Numbered from the stretch's first letter, positions 35,393 to 46,027 are shown. The stretch is DNA of 54,625 nt from Candidatus Magasanikiibacteriota bacterium (GCA_002716765.1 PBBY01000004.1:1-54625); one strand, 5' to 3'. Notes: generated by a model from the letters alone, not told the origin. Made by a program: numbers and translations.

Positions 35393-38305
35393 ATGGCATA
35401 TAATGCACACAAAAATGAAGAAAACATTGCTGATTTTTGGGAAAAAGAAAGTATATTTCAGAAGTCTATTGAGCAGCGTTCTAAGGACAGGCCGTATGTT
35501 TTTTATGATGGACCTCCTTTTGCCACAGGTTTGCCACATTACGGACATATTGTTGGGAGTATTCTCAAGGATGCGATTTCGCGTTATGCAACAATGCAAG
35601 GGTGTCGTGTAGAAAGAAAATGGGGGTGGGATTGTCATGGTTTGCCTATTGAGAATATTGTAGAAAAAGAATTAGAAACAAAAAGTAAAAAAGATATTGA
35701 AACTCTCGGTGTTGATGTGTTTAATCAAAAGTGTCGGACAAAAATAGCAGGATTTGTTGATGGGTGGAAAAAAACAATGCGTTCACTTGGTCGTTGGGCT
35801 GATATGGAAAACGCCTACAAAACAATGGACGTTGAGTATATGGAAAGTGTTTGGTGGGTATTTAAAACGTTACACGAAAATGGGTATATTTATAAAGGGC
35901 ACAGATCAATGCATGTATGTCCACGTTGTGAGACCACACTATCTCAGCAAGAAGTTAGTGAGGGGTACAAGACAATAAAAGATATTAGTGTGACAGCAAA
36001 ATTCAAGATTACTTCTTCTACAAAAGAGATTGTCAATGAAGATGCAGATGTATATGTTCTTGCTTGGACTACAACACCATGGACACTACCGGGAAATGTA
36101 TTGCTGGCATTTGGGGAACATATTACATATTGTGTGGTAAAAAGTGATGGTGCCTATTATATTTTGGCAAAAGATTTGGTTGAAGATAATTTTGCTGAAA
36201 AAGAGTATGAAGTAATTGGAGAACATGATGGAAAAACATTTGAAGGGTTTACATATGAGCCACTTTTTCCATATTATAAAGAAACAGAGAAGGCATTTAC
36301 TACGGTTTTGGCAGATTTTGTTACTGCAGAAGATGGTACGGGGATAGTCCATATTGCGCCAGGTTTTGGTGATGATGATTACAGGCTTGCAAAAGCGTTT
36401 GGTGTTCCTTTTGTGCAGCATGTTTCAATGGGCGGTCAGTTCGTTGATACGGTGGTGGATTTTGCTGGTGTACAGGTCAAACCAATCGGAGATCATATGG
36501 CAACCGATATTCTTATGGTAAAATGGCTCGCACATAACGGAAAATTATTCTCAAAAAAGAAGTATGAACATAGCTATCCACACTGTTGGAGATGTGATAC
36601 GCCGCTTTTGAATTACGCAACAGATTCTTGGTTTGTTGCGGTAACAAAAATAAAAGCACAAGCATTAGAAACAGCAAAAAATATTTCATGGATGCCTGAA
36701 CATATAAAAGGCGGTCGTTTTGGAAAATGGCTAGAAGGTGCGAAGGACTGGTCTATTTCCCGTCAACGGTTTTGGGCATCGTGTATTCCTGTTTGGGAGT
36801 GTGAATGTAAGTGCGGTGAGCAGATTGTTATTGGTTCGATTGCTGAGCTTGAGAAACGTTCTGGTGTGGTGGTGACCGATTTACACAAAGATGTATTAGA
36901 TCCAATTACCTTTCCTTGTGGTTCTTGTGATAAAGTGATGAGGCGTGTGCCAGATGTCCTGGATTGTTGGTTTGATGCCGGGTCTATGCCTTATGCACAG
37001 GCACACTACCCCTTTAAGAATAAGGAGGAATTTGATAAAGCGTTTCCAGCAAATTTTGTTGCGGAAGGGATTGACCAAACTCGGGCATGGTTTTACTATC
37101 TTCACATTTTGTCAAACGGTGTTATGGGGAAGAATGCCGTGGATAATGTTGTGGTTAATGGTATGGTTTTGGCGGAGGACGGAAAGAAGATGTCAAAAAA
37201 ATTACAAAACTATCCTGACCCAGTAGAGGTGATGAAAAAATACGGTGCGGATGCTTTGCGCTGCTATATGCTTAGCTCTCCGGTAGTTCATGCAGAAGAT
37301 TTGCATTTTTCCGAACACGGTGTTCGTGATATGTTTAATAAAACCACAAATTCATTGGCAAATGTATTATCATTTTATATGATGTATTATGATGAGCAAA
37401 ACACTGTTTCGCACACGAACACAACACACGTTTTAGATAAGTGGGTCTTGGCACGGTTAGATGAGACAAGATTAGAGGTAGAAAAGTACTTTGAAACATA
37501 TGACCTGTCGGCTCAGATGAGAACGGTGGTTGCGTTTATCGGTGACTTATCACAATGGTATGTGCGCAGAAGTAGAGAAAGGTTTAAAGGATTAACACAT
37601 AAGGAAGATGCAGGGTTTGCACTTGCTACACTAAAACACGTATTACTTGAAACAAGTAAATTTATTGCACCATCAATGCCGTTTATTGCAGAACATATAT
37701 ATCAGGAAATGAAAAAATTAGATAATACAGAAAACAATTGTGAATCTGTACATCTTGAGTTGTGGTCAAAAAGTAACAGTGTATTAGAAAATAAAGAATT
37801 ATTAGAACAAATGAATCATGCGCGGCAAGTGGTGGAGTTGGTCTTGTCACTCAGAAAAGAAACAAAGATAAAAGTACGACAACCACTTGCGCAAATTAGT
37901 GTTTCTGGAGTAACACTTTCCAAGGATTTACACTCTATTATTTTAGAAGAAGTGAATGTGCATGATTGTGTTCAAGATGTTTCTTCCGAAGATGTTGTAA
38001 CAAAAACAGAGTATGGCATAACCGTTTCGCTCGACACTACTATTACAGAAACATTAAGAAAAGAAGGGCTACTTAGAGAAATTGTCCGTGCTATTAACCT
38101 ACTAAGAAAAGAGCAGGGATTTACTGTTGAAGATAAGGTTATGGTCGAATATTTTACAGAAGACAAGTATATTGCTGCAGTTTTTGTAGAATATAGTCAA
38201 GAATTACAAAATCAAGTACTTGCAGAAAGTGTTGTTGAGAATAAAAGTGGAGAAGTGGTGGAAATAGAAAAGATTCCTGTGTATCTTACAGTTAAGAAGG
38301 TATAA
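35393..38305 (+). CDS. ileS: Isoleucine--tRNA ligase, type 2 (eukaryote/archaea-like clade)
   Basis: DGPPFATGLPHYGH, GWDCHGLP, WTTTPWTLP, DWSISRQR.W, KMSK; no C-terminal Zn finger; start moved to ATG 35393. Confidence 0.96.
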   Translation: MAYNAHKNEENIADFWEKESIFQKSIEQRSKDRPYVFYDGPPFATGLPHYGHIVGSILKDAISRYATMQGCRVERKWGWDCHGLPIENIVEKELETKSKKDIETLGVDVFNQKCRTKIAGFVDGWKKTMRSLGRWADMENAYKTMDVEYMESVWWVFKTLHENGYIYKGHRSMHVCPRCETTLSQQEVSEGYKTIKDISVTAKFKITSSTKEIVNEDADVYVLAWTTTPWTLPGNVLLAFGEHITYCVVKSDGAYYILAKDLVEDNFAEKEYEVIGEHDGKTFEGFTYEPLFPYYKETEKAFTTVLADFVTAEDGTGIVHIAPGFGDDDYRLAKAFGVPFVQHVSMGGQFVDTVVDFAGVQVKPIGDHMATDILMVKWLAHNGKLFSKKKYEHSYPHCWRCDTPLLNYATDSWFVAVTKIKAQALETAKNISWMPEHIKGGRFGKWLEGAKDWSISRQRFWASCIPVWECECKCGEQIVIGSIAELEKRSGVVVTDLHKDVLDPITFPCGSCDKVMRRVPDVLDCWFDAGSMPYAQAHYPFKNKEEFDKAFPANFVAEGIDQTRAWFYYLHILSNGVMGKNAVDNVVVNGMVLAEDGKKMSKKLQNYPDPVEVMKKYGADALRCYMLSSPVVHAEDLHFSEHGVRDMFNKTTNSLANVLSFYMMYYDEQNTVSHTNTTHVLDKWVLARLDETRLEVEKYFETYDLSAQMRTVVAFIGDLSQWYVRRSRERFKGLTHKEDAGFALATLKHVLLETSKFIAPSMPFIAEHIYQEMKKLDNTENNCESVHLELWSKSNSVLENKELLEQMNHARQVVELVLSLRKETKIKVRQPLAQISVSGVTLSKDLHSIILEEVNVHDCVQDVSSEDVVTKTEYGITVSLDTTITETLRKEGLLREIVRAINLLRKEQGFTVEDKVMVEYFTEDKYIAAVFVEYSQELQNQVLAESVVENKSGEVVEIEKIPVYLTVKKV

Positions 38306-38327
38306 GAATTTCAGAAACTAGAAAATA

Positions 38328-38354
38328 TAAAACACACCTTTTGGGTGTGTTTTT
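38328..38354. terminator. Bidirectional terminator
   Basis: AAAACACACC-TTTTG-GGTGTGTTTTT. Confidence 0.75.
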
Positions 38355-38373
38355 GGTAAAACAATTAGCGTTA

Positions 38374-38781
38374 CTATTTAGATAAAATGGTCATATACAG
38401 AACAGGAAACGCTGTGTCTATGTTTTTGTTTTGGTGAACTCCAACACAGGTGTAGGTGTTTGGGAGAAAAGAGCGATGGACATGAACCGCATGGATCGGT
38501 TGGTGCTTGACATACGAATAGGAAGCAAACAAAGAAAATGCTGCTTTTATTGGAACGGGAATACCTAGCCATCTTCTTGATGCACAAAGAGGTAATGGCC
38601 GAATAGAAAGGATTTGCACACAATCACTTTTTACGGTTTCTGCAAGTAGTGAAAAACTTTCTTTTTTCGATTGTTTACCAAATACAACGGTCAACAGAGG
38701 TTGAGATTTAATAGAGCGTGGTGGAAAAAAGGAGCTATACTTGATCCACATATAATAGAAATAGGAATGAATTTTATGCAT
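38374..38781 (-). CDS. Hypothetical protein
   Basis: ATG overlaps the upstream stop (TAATG coupling); no recognisable motif. Confidence 0.4.
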   Translation of the reverse strand: MHKIHSYFYYMWIKYSSFFPPRSIKSQPLLTVVFGKQSKKESFSLLAETVKSDCVQILSIRPLPLCASRRWLGIPVPIKAAFSLFASYSYVKHQPIHAVHVHRSFLPNTYTCVGVHQNKNIDTAFPVLYMTILSK

Positions 38782-39521
38782 TATTTCAATATTCTCCGAA
38801 CGTGACGCTCATACCCTTCGGCGATAACATATTCTTCTCCACATCTGTGATAAGAAAAACAGAGCGCACCTTTTACAAACTCCAGCTTTCTTTCTGAAAG
38901 GTTTATTAAGCCAGGTCTAAACCTATCCAATTCATCTTCAATAGTTTTTTGAAAGACATGAATATTGTGTAATTGTGCTGTTTCTGGATCACATATTTCG
39001 TTGTACACTTGAGGTTGCCCACCTTTTGGGTTTTGTGCAAACTGGATGTAGTGTGCACTGCCAAGTTCTGCATGAAAGCCAAGAATAAAGAATAATACAG
39101 AATGATGCGCATCTGACCCAACTCTTTTTTCTAGTGCATAAGAGAGTCGTGGATTATTTGAAATAATGTCTTTGAAAAAGTAATATCGACTAGACGCCTC
39201 ATTTTGCATGAGTCGTTCAAATGGGTCAGCTGGTGGCATATGCATTAGGTGTGCAAAAGGGTCAAATGTTCTTGTACAGATCATTTGTTGCTCATGTGCA
39301 TTTTGCATTGCACCGCTACAAAGAGTCAAAATCCGAGACAGCTTTTGACTAAATGTTAGGTAGCGTAAACGTCTTGCTTGGCGTGTAAGTTCTTCAAGAA
39401 TTCTACACGAGGAAATCAGAATTCCAGCCGGCATAAGATTGAGATATGTTTGGTATATTTGCATACCACCCCTTTCTTTTCGTTGTAAAAAAGAACAAAA
39501 AACATGTATATACGGTATCAT
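38781..39521 (-). CDS. Hypothetical protein
   Basis: Long ORF; true start may be the later ATG after AAAGGGGTGGT (MQIYQ...). Confidence 0.6.
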   Translation of the reverse strand: MIPYIHVFCSFLQRKERGGMQIYQTYLNLMPAGILISSCRILEELTRQARRLRYLTFSQKLSRILTLCSGAMQNAHEQQMICTRTFDPFAHLMHMPPADPFERLMQNEASSRYYFFKDIISNNPRLSYALEKRVGSDAHHSVLFFILGFHAELGSAHYIQFAQNPKGGQPQVYNEICDPETAQLHNIHVFQKTIEDELDRFRPGLINLSERKLEFVKGALCFSYHRCGEEYVIAEGYERHVRRILK

Positions 39522-39628
39522 GTTGTGTGTATATCAGCAAGCAATTGTATAAGTATAAAAAACCTCAGCAATATTGCTGAGGGCTAAAAAAGAACAAGAA
39601 TAAGATTAAGAGAAAGGGTTAAAGTGTA

Positions 39629-41005
39629 CTATTCGTTCGTCGCAAGAACGCTTTTGCGAGATGTTTTGGCAATAGTGACCCATGTGTTACCTTGTAATCT
39701 AAAAGAGAAAATAATAGTAACAATGATAATTTCTATGGCAATACCAAGCCAGCCACCTACGACACCATATCCCATTTTTATTCCCACCAGCCACATAATT
39801 GGAGGTGCTACACACCATGCCGTTATCGATGAAACCCATGCGGTAAAACGTACATCGCCAGCAGCACGAAGTGTGTTTGATACTGGTATTAATATGGCGT
39901 CAGCTATGTGAAATATTGCGACAATGACAAAAATTTGTGCTGCACGTTTTTTCACAGAAGCATCTTCGATAAATAGTGACGCAAGCTCTTCTCCAAAAAA
40001 TAAGAACATGGTGACACCAAAAAAGCTAAAGATGAGTCCAAAGCATAATGCATGTTTTGTGGTCTTTTTAATGAGCTCAAACCGATCAGCTCCACATGCT
40101 TGTGCTACAAGAGTGTTAAGGGAAGAGGCGATTGCTAGAACCGGTAACAACACTAAGTGCTCGACATTGAGGACAATTTGTTGGGCTGCCATGTCGGTTG
40201 CACTAAAGAGGCTTACTAATATGCTCAGTAGAGTAAAACTACCAGTTGCAAGAAAGTTTACAATGATTTGAGGTTTTCCAAGTCGCCACACTTGTTTTAT
40301 GTGTAACATATTTTTTATGCGCCAGTTCAAACAGTTGAGTGTGTGGTTTTTCTGAGTATATAACAATACACAGAGTTGTAAGATGGTACCAATATTTGTT
40401 GCATAAGCAATACCATCAACACCGTACGTAAAATACACGATGAAGACGTAGTCAAAAATGGCATTACATGTATTGCCTAAAATTGCCGCAATCATGGGTG
40501 CACGTGTGTTGCCTCTGGCTTCAAAATTCTTTTCACATACTGCAATCAAAAATATGGCAGGATAGATAAGTACTCGTGTGAAATAGTACGTACTTGCTGC
40601 ATTTGCTTGAGCAGGATTTTCTGAGAGGTGGTCAATGCCTTGTAAAATACCAAAAATACTTACAAGTGTCATTAACATGCCGACTGTTAGGGCAATATAA
40701 ATACTTGCAACGAAGTATTGGTTTGCTAAGCCAGTCTTTCTGTCTCCAATTGCATTGGCTATTGTTGTTTTTGTACCATCGAGAAGGCCAAAAACTGTTG
40801 ATATTATGAGCCACAGCAAGGAGCATGCGAGTCCAGTGCCAGCCAACTCATTTTTTCCTAAGTATTTTCCAATAAAGAACGTGTCTATTGTACACATGAG
40901 TGCAAACGAGAGTAGGGAGATTGCAGATGGCCAAGAAAGTTGCCAAAGTCGTTTTGGTATGTTTTTTTCCCAATTTTTTGGGTTGTTAAGATCGATTTCT
41001 TGCAC
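39629..41005 (-). CDS. MATE family efflux transporter
   Basis: ~12 TM; D.FF.G..LG...LAG, RGNT..PM, N..FDY.FI...GV.G.A.AT, LR.AGD; GTG start with SD AAGGAG. Confidence 0.93.
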   Translation of the reverse strand: MQEIDLNNPKNWEKNIPKRLWQLSWPSAISLLSFALMCTIDTFFIGKYLGKNELAGTGLACSLLWLIISTVFGLLDGTKTTIANAIGDRKTGLANQYFVASIYIALTVGMLMTLVSIFGILQGIDHLSENPAQANAASTYYFTRVLIYPAIFLIAVCEKNFEARGNTRAPMIAAILGNTCNAIFDYVFIVYFTYGVDGIAYATNIGTILQLCVLLYTQKNHTLNCLNWRIKNMLHIKQVWRLGKPQIIVNFLATGSFTLLSILVSLFSATDMAAQQIVLNVEHLVLLPVLAIASSLNTLVAQACGADRFELIKKTTKHALCFGLIFSFFGVTMFLFFGEELASLFIEDASVKKRAAQIFVIVAIFHIADAILIPVSNTLRAAGDVRFTAWVSSITAWCVAPPIMWLVGIKMGYGVVGGWLGIAIEIIIVTIIFSFRLQGNTWVTIAKTSRKSVLATNE

Positions 41006-41211
41006 GAGTGGTTACTCCTTGGTGCAAAGATTTTGGAGAGACAACGGTTTTGGGTGTGGTACGCGTTGCCGTAAAGGATGTTATACACAATGTATTATAT
41101 ACAATATCCAATACAGCAGGGTCGTACTATCTGATACCGTCGGTAGTTTCTTTAGTAAGTTTCATAGTCGTTTCTTGCTAAATATGTGCGGAAATGTGTT
41201 CCGTAAAAAAA

Positions 41212-41240
41212 ACTATACACGCTCTAATTAATTTTGTCAA
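41212..41240 (-). promoter_or_regulatory. Promoter of the MATE gene (about 200-nt leader)
   Basis: TTGACA-17 bp-TATAGT. Confidence 0.65.
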
Positions 41241-41321
41241 GTTTTTGTTAAACAGGCATTGACTTTTTTATCATTATTTGGTATTGTTTCTTTGTCTTTT
41301 GTTCTTGAAAAAGGAGTTTCT

Positions 41322-41675
41322 ATGAAAAAAGATATTCAGGTGACACAACTACCTGCCGAGCTGTTTGATGATGAGCGTCGTATTGTAAGAAGAAGGGTGC
41401 TGAGAGGTTGTGTATGTTGGTTGCCAAGTATTTTATTGTTTGGTTTTCTACTACTTGTTAGTGGGTGTGATCCGCTGATTTCAGTTGGTGTTATGTTTAT
41501 TATCATTATTCTTTTATCCTTAAGGGGGATGTTTATTTTACTTCAAGAGTTTGAGGCTATAAGAAAGCTATACACCAACCCAGATTTGTTGGACAAGCTT
41601 AACATGGAGATCAATGCTCAGGTTGAGCAGATCAGAAATCAGTCGCGACCTGCCTCAGAAAACCACAAGGACTAG
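41322..41675 (+). CDS. Small two-TM membrane protein
   Basis: SD AAGGAG before ATG 41322; two hydrophobic segments. Confidence 0.65.
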   Translation: MKKDIQVTQLPAELFDDERRIVRRRVLRGCVCWLPSILLFGFLLLVSGCDPLISVGVMFIIIILLSLRGMFILLQEFEAIRKLYTNPDLLDKLNMEINAQVEQIRNQSRPASENHKD

Positions 41676-41750
41676 CCGTCCTTTAGTGAAAGAAAATTCT
41701 TTCACTTTTTTATTACAAAAAAAGACCGGTCTGGTCTTGTGAGTTTTATA

Positions 41751-42788
41751 TTATAGTGGAATGTTCATTCTCCACTGTGAGAACTGTCTAAGGATCGGGT
41801 GGTCAACACCACATTGGATGTCTTCTAGGGCGTTTCGTAGTCGTTGAGTGATTTCACCAACGGTACCGTCATTATACATTACGTCTTTGTTTTTGTAACT
41901 AATTCTTCCAACCGGTGCAACGCCTGCTGCGGTCCCAGTACAAAAACACTCTTGAGCACGAAGAACGTCCGTAATTTTTAGAGGTGCTGCAGCAACGATA
42001 ATACCTAGTGCTTTGGCAATATGAATAATACTGTCTCGTGTAATGCCAGGAAGGATTGTGTCATTGAGTGGTGCTGTGTATAGCACTCCGTCTATCATGG
42101 CAAAAAAGTTTGCTGCTCCACACTCTTCAACATATTTGTTTTGTCGCGCTTCAAGATATAGTAACTCATCAAAACCTTCTTTTTTTGCCTCTAGGACATG
42201 GAGCATTCCTGGTCCGTAGTTTCCTATCGCTTTTATACCACCTGTCCCACCAGGTGCTGTGCGGTGAATGTTTTCTGGGACTTTAAGAGAGATGGGTGTG
42301 ACACCGTCTTTGAAGTACGGGCCAACAGGGCACACAAAAACAATAAATGTGTAGGACTGAGAGGGGCCAATACCTAGTTTTGCTCCAGAGCCAATCAGTA
42401 GAGCCCTAACATATAAAGATCCTTTTTCTGTGGGGGGAACGTGTTTTATGTTTTTTTGTACAACCTGTTTTACGGCTTGAGTGAATTGTTCTGTGTGGAC
42501 GCTAGGCATGCACATTCGCCTTGCGCCATTTTGAAATCGTTCTGCGTTCTGCTCAGGACGGAAAAGCGTAACATGGCCGGTCGTTGTTCTTTTTGCTTTT
42601 AATCCTTCAAATATGCCTTGTCCATAGTTTAGTGCACTGGCAGCAGGATGTAAAGAAAAATCTTCAGGAACAACAATATCAGGGTCCTGCCACTCTTGAT
42701 CGTACACTTGCACATACATGGCTTCTGTGTCTCTGTATGAGAAGTCTAGCGAATCCCAATCGTGTGGTATGGTTTTTTTGGCTATCAT
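41751..42788 (-). CDS. ilvE: Branched-chain amino acid aminotransferase
   Basis: LNYGQGIFEGLKA, LFRP..NA.R, K.IGNY (PLP Lys), EECGAAN, ILPGITR, GTAA; SD GGAGGT before ATG 42788. Confidence 0.95.
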   Translation of the reverse strand: MIAKKTIPHDWDSLDFSYRDTEAMYVQVYDQEWQDPDIVVPEDFSLHPAASALNYGQGIFEGLKAKRTTTGHVTLFRPEQNAERFQNGARRMCMPSVHTEQFTQAVKQVVQKNIKHVPPTEKGSLYVRALLIGSGAKLGIGPSQSYTFIVFVCPVGPYFKDGVTPISLKVPENIHRTAPGGTGGIKAIGNYGPGMLHVLEAKKEGFDELLYLEARQNKYVEECGAANFFAMIDGVLYTAPLNDTILPGITRDSIIHIAKALGIIVAAAPLKITDVLRAQECFCTGTAAGVAPVGRISYKNKDVMYNDGTVGEITQRLRNALEDIQCGVDHPILRQFSQWRMNIPL

Positions 42789-42921
42789 TGGCACCTCCTT
42801 TTTGATATATATATTGTAGCCACGTCTGTACCGTATCACGGATTCGTTATTTCGTCAATTATAAAAAAATCCTAGTTTTGACTAGGATTGCGATTATTTC
42901 CCCCCTTTTTTCTTAAGGTGC

Positions 42922-43260
42922 TTATTTGGTTTCTTGATTTTCTAGTGAACTAAAGTATGCTTTTTTTATTTCATCTATTGTAGGGGGCTCCTCTCTACTT
43001 TTTCTCAAGGTTCGTAAAAAATTTTTTTTGTGGTTGCTGTCCTGAAAACTCGTAATAGTATTTTCAACCATTGAGAGAATGTGTTGTGCAGCGATTTGTC
43101 TTCTTGGTTCTTCTGGGGTTTTGTATTCACTTATGTATTGTAGGAGTGTGTCCCTGCTGTGAGGGTGCAACTTATCAATACCATACATAACCAGAGAAGT
43201 TTCTGTGTATTTTTTCTCTCTTGTCTGAGAGAGGTTGAAAAAATTACCAAGTAGGCCCAT
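42922..43260 (-). CDS. Hypothetical protein
   Basis: SD GGAGG, upstream TTGACA promoter, downstream terminator. Confidence 0.6.
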   Translation of the reverse strand: MGLLGNFFNLSQTREKKYTETSLVMYGIDKLHPHSRDTLLQYISEYKTPEEPRRQIAAQHILSMVENTITSFQDSNHKKNFLRTLRKSREEPPTIDEIKKAYFSSLENQETK

Positions 43261-43395
43261 GCGTTTCTTTTCCTCCGTTTTTTGAAATGGGCTTCTTATT
43301 TTATGCTATATTGCAAATTTTGTCAAGTGCTGACCTTCCTGTGTTTTTGCATTGTTTGTGCTTCTTGTGTTTTTTTTGTGATATACTAAGGATAT

Positions 43396-43935
43396 ATGAA
43401 AATAGCGATTATAGGGACTCACTCAACTGGAAAAACGTCAATAATTAGGCAACTATCATTAGGATTGCAGGAGAAAGGGAAACGTGTTTTTGTTGTTTCT
43501 GAGCTCTCTCGTTTGGCACCAGGCGAGATAAATGAGGGCGCAAAAATAGAGACACAACTCTGGATTCAGCAAAAGCAAAAAGAGGAGGAATTAAAATACG
43601 CCTTATATAATGGACACGTTTTGTGTGATAGATCTACGGTAGATAATTTTGCTTATCTTCAGCGTATTGCCAACGGAGTTGATGTTTCAGAAATAGAGAA
43701 GGAGGCGGTGCGCCACATGCAAACCTATGATTTTGTCTTTAAAACCAAAAAACTATCGTTAGCCGCTGTAGACGATGGTATTCGGAGTGTGGATGATGTT
43801 TTTAGGGACGATATAGAGCGTCGTATCGAGTTGTTGTTGAAAAAACATGATATTTCTTTTTATCACCTGCCAGAAACTTTGGAGTATAAAAAGATTGTTC
43901 GCTACATTGAAGAGGTTGCTGGTCTCAGACAGTGA
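43396..43935 (+). CDS. P-loop nucleoside/nucleotide kinase-like protein (AAA_28/NadR-like)
   Basis: GTHSTGKT Walker A, V.E..R, CDRS..D..AY, DDG.R. Confidence 0.85.
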   Translation: MKIAIIGTHSTGKTSIIRQLSLGLQEKGKRVFVVSELSRLAPGEINEGAKIETQLWIQQKQKEEELKYALYNGHVLCDRSTVDNFAYLQRIANGVDVSEIEKEAVRHMQTYDFVFKTKKLSLAAVDDGIRSVDDVFRDDIERRIELLLKKHDISFYHLPETLEYKKIVRYIEEVAGLRQ

Positions 43936-43946
43936 CTTTCTTCGTG

Positions 43947-44525
43947 TTATTGCATGAGCTTTAGTGCTTTTTTTAGGAGTGATGGTGTGGTTTCTTTGGG
44001 TGAAAAAATACTCTTAACGCAAGTGTTTGATTCCTGCTTACTATACCCAAGTGCTACAAGAGCATCGATTGTTTCATAAAAAACAGAAGCTTCTTTTTCC
44101 GTCAGAGGTTCTTTTGATGTGAGTGATTCAATTTTTGTATGAAGCTCTACCACAAGTCTTTCAGCTGTTTTTTTTCCAAGTCCTTGTACTGTCGAGAGGT
44201 GTTTTGCATCTTTTCTTGCGATAGCGTCTTTTGTTTCTTGTATTGGTCCAAGACCAAGAATATGCATCGCGCTTTTTGGGCCCACAGATTTGACACCAAG
44301 AAGGAGTGAAAAAAAATCTTTTTCTTCTTGTGATGAGAAACCAAAGAGTTCCATGGATTTTTCCGAAACTTTAAGATGGGTAAAAATCTTTACTTCCAGG
44401 TCTATTGGGTATTTTTCTCTATGTGTTTTTGGTATTTGTATACCATACCCAACACCTCCTTTTGTAAGCAGGACTAGTGTGTTTTTTGTAAGCGCAACGA
44501 CTTTCCCCTCCAAGAATGTGATCAT
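43947..44525 (-). CDS. ruvA: Holliday junction branch migration protein RuvA
   Basis: MITFLEG, GVGY, LFGF, V..VGPK.A, GLGKKTAER..EL, AL.ALGY. Confidence 0.96.
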   Translation of the reverse strand: MITFLEGKVVALTKNTLVLLTKGGVGYGIQIPKTHREKYPIDLEVKIFTHLKVSEKSMELFGFSSQEEKDFFSLLLGVKSVGPKSAMHILGLGPIQETKDAIARKDAKHLSTVQGLGKKTAERLVVELHTKIESLTSKEPLTEKEASVFYETIDALVALGYSKQESNTCVKSIFSPKETTPSLLKKALKLMQ

Positions 44526-44533
44526 AAGATTTT

Positions 44534-46027
44534 TTAGACTGACTGAAGGTAGGTGATCACTGTTTGAACACCAAAACCGTTTGCACCACCACGTATCCAT
44601 GGTTTACCTTTTTCTCCATAGCTTGAACAAGAAAGGTCAATATGTGTCCAAGGGTAGTCGGTAAAATATTCAAGAAATGCCGCGGCAGTGCTTGCGCCTG
44701 CATAGCGTGGTCCACCAACTCCGCCTATATTTTTCACATCAGCAACTTCACATTTCATGGCTTCGGAATATTCTTGACCCAAGGGGAGTCGCCATAGTTT
44801 TTCGCCAGACTGTGTTGCTGCGTTTTGTAGTGCAGTAGACATGGCATCGTCTTTTGTAAACAGTCCTGATCGTTCGTTTCCTAAAGCAACCACACATGCT
44901 CCTGTGAGTGTGGCAAAATCTATTACATGTTTTGGGGTGTACCGACTTGCGTAACTCAGAGCATCAGCAAGAATAAGCCGCCCTTCTGCGTCAGTATTTT
45001 GAATAAGTACTGTTTTTCCGTTCATTGCACGTAATATGTCATCTGGTCTGTACGAGCTACCACTTGGCATGTTTTCACATGTTGGAACAAGTCCTACAAT
45101 GTTTTGCTTTATATTTAGGGCGGCCACAGCGCGCATGATGCCGATAACTGTTGCGGCACCAAGCATGTCAAATTTCATATCACGAATATATGGGTCTGGT
45201 TTGAGAGAGAGACCGCCAGAGTCAAAAGTAATACCTTTGCCCACAAAAACAATCGGCTTTTCTTCTTGTGCACCATTCATGTGTTCCATGATAATAAATT
45301 TTGGCTCAAGAATGGATCCTTGGGAAACACCAATAAGACAACCCATGCCATGTTCTTCAATCTGGGTCCTGTCTAGAACATTCACTGATAGTTTTGGAAA
45401 TGTTTTTCCTAGTTCTTCTGCTTCTTTAGCTAGGGAGGCGGGGGTCATTTCACTTGGTGGTGTGTTTCCAAGGTGTCTTGCGAGGTTTACTGATTCTGCA
45501 ATATGCACAGCATTTTGGGTTGATAATTCCCACAGCTCTTTGTCGGCAGGGTTTTGGTGGTCCCAATAAATTGTCATCACTTTGGTTGTTTCTGCTTCTT
45601 TGTCTTTGTGTGTGTCAAAACTATATGTCGCAATATGTGCAGCAATAACACTTTCTGTAATACTGTGATTTTTTTTAAAATGTTCAGTAGCCCATTCCGG
45701 GAAGTGTATGGTAATTATTGTTGATTTTTTGTCTTGTGCTGTGCGAACTGCAGTACCAATTGTTTTTTTCCATGCTTCAATTGTTAGATCTTCTTTTTTC
45801 CCCACACCAATCAAAAGAATACGTTTATGTCCGCTATTCTTTTCATAGACTGTTGCTTGCTGTAGCGCCTTTGCTTCAAAATCTTTTGTTTCAACTAAGG
45901 TAGTTATTGTTGGGTGGAGCATCTCATATTTTTCTGGAATTTGTGTAATAATTTCTTCATTTTCTACTATTGGTATAATAAGACAGTCTGTATATGTGTT
46001 GTCTTTGTACGGTTGGTGTTCTGGCAT
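44534..46027 (-). CDS. pepA: Leucyl aminopeptidase (M17)
   Basis: VGKGITFDSGG, MKFDM.GAA, NTDAEGRL.LAD, ATLTGA. Confidence 0.96.
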   Translation of the reverse strand: MPEHQPYKDNTYTDCLIIPIVENEEIITQIPEKYEMLHPTITTLVETKDFEAKALQQATVYEKNSGHKRILLIGVGKKEDLTIEAWKKTIGTAVRTAQDKKSTIITIHFPEWATEHFKKNHSITESVIAAHIATYSFDTHKDKEAETTKVMTIYWDHQNPADKELWELSTQNAVHIAESVNLARHLGNTPPSEMTPASLAKEAEELGKTFPKLSVNVLDRTQIEEHGMGCLIGVSQGSILEPKFIIMEHMNGAQEEKPIVFVGKGITFDSGGLSLKPDPYIRDMKFDMLGAATVIGIMRAVAALNIKQNIVGLVPTCENMPSGSSYRPDDILRAMNGKTVLIQNTDAEGRLILADALSYASRYTPKHVIDFATLTGACVVALGNERSGLFTKDDAMSTALQNAATQSGEKLWRLPLGQEYSEAMKCEVADVKNIGGVGGPRYAGASTAAAFLEYFTDYPWTHIDLSCSSYGEKGKPWIRGGANGFGVQTVITYLQSV

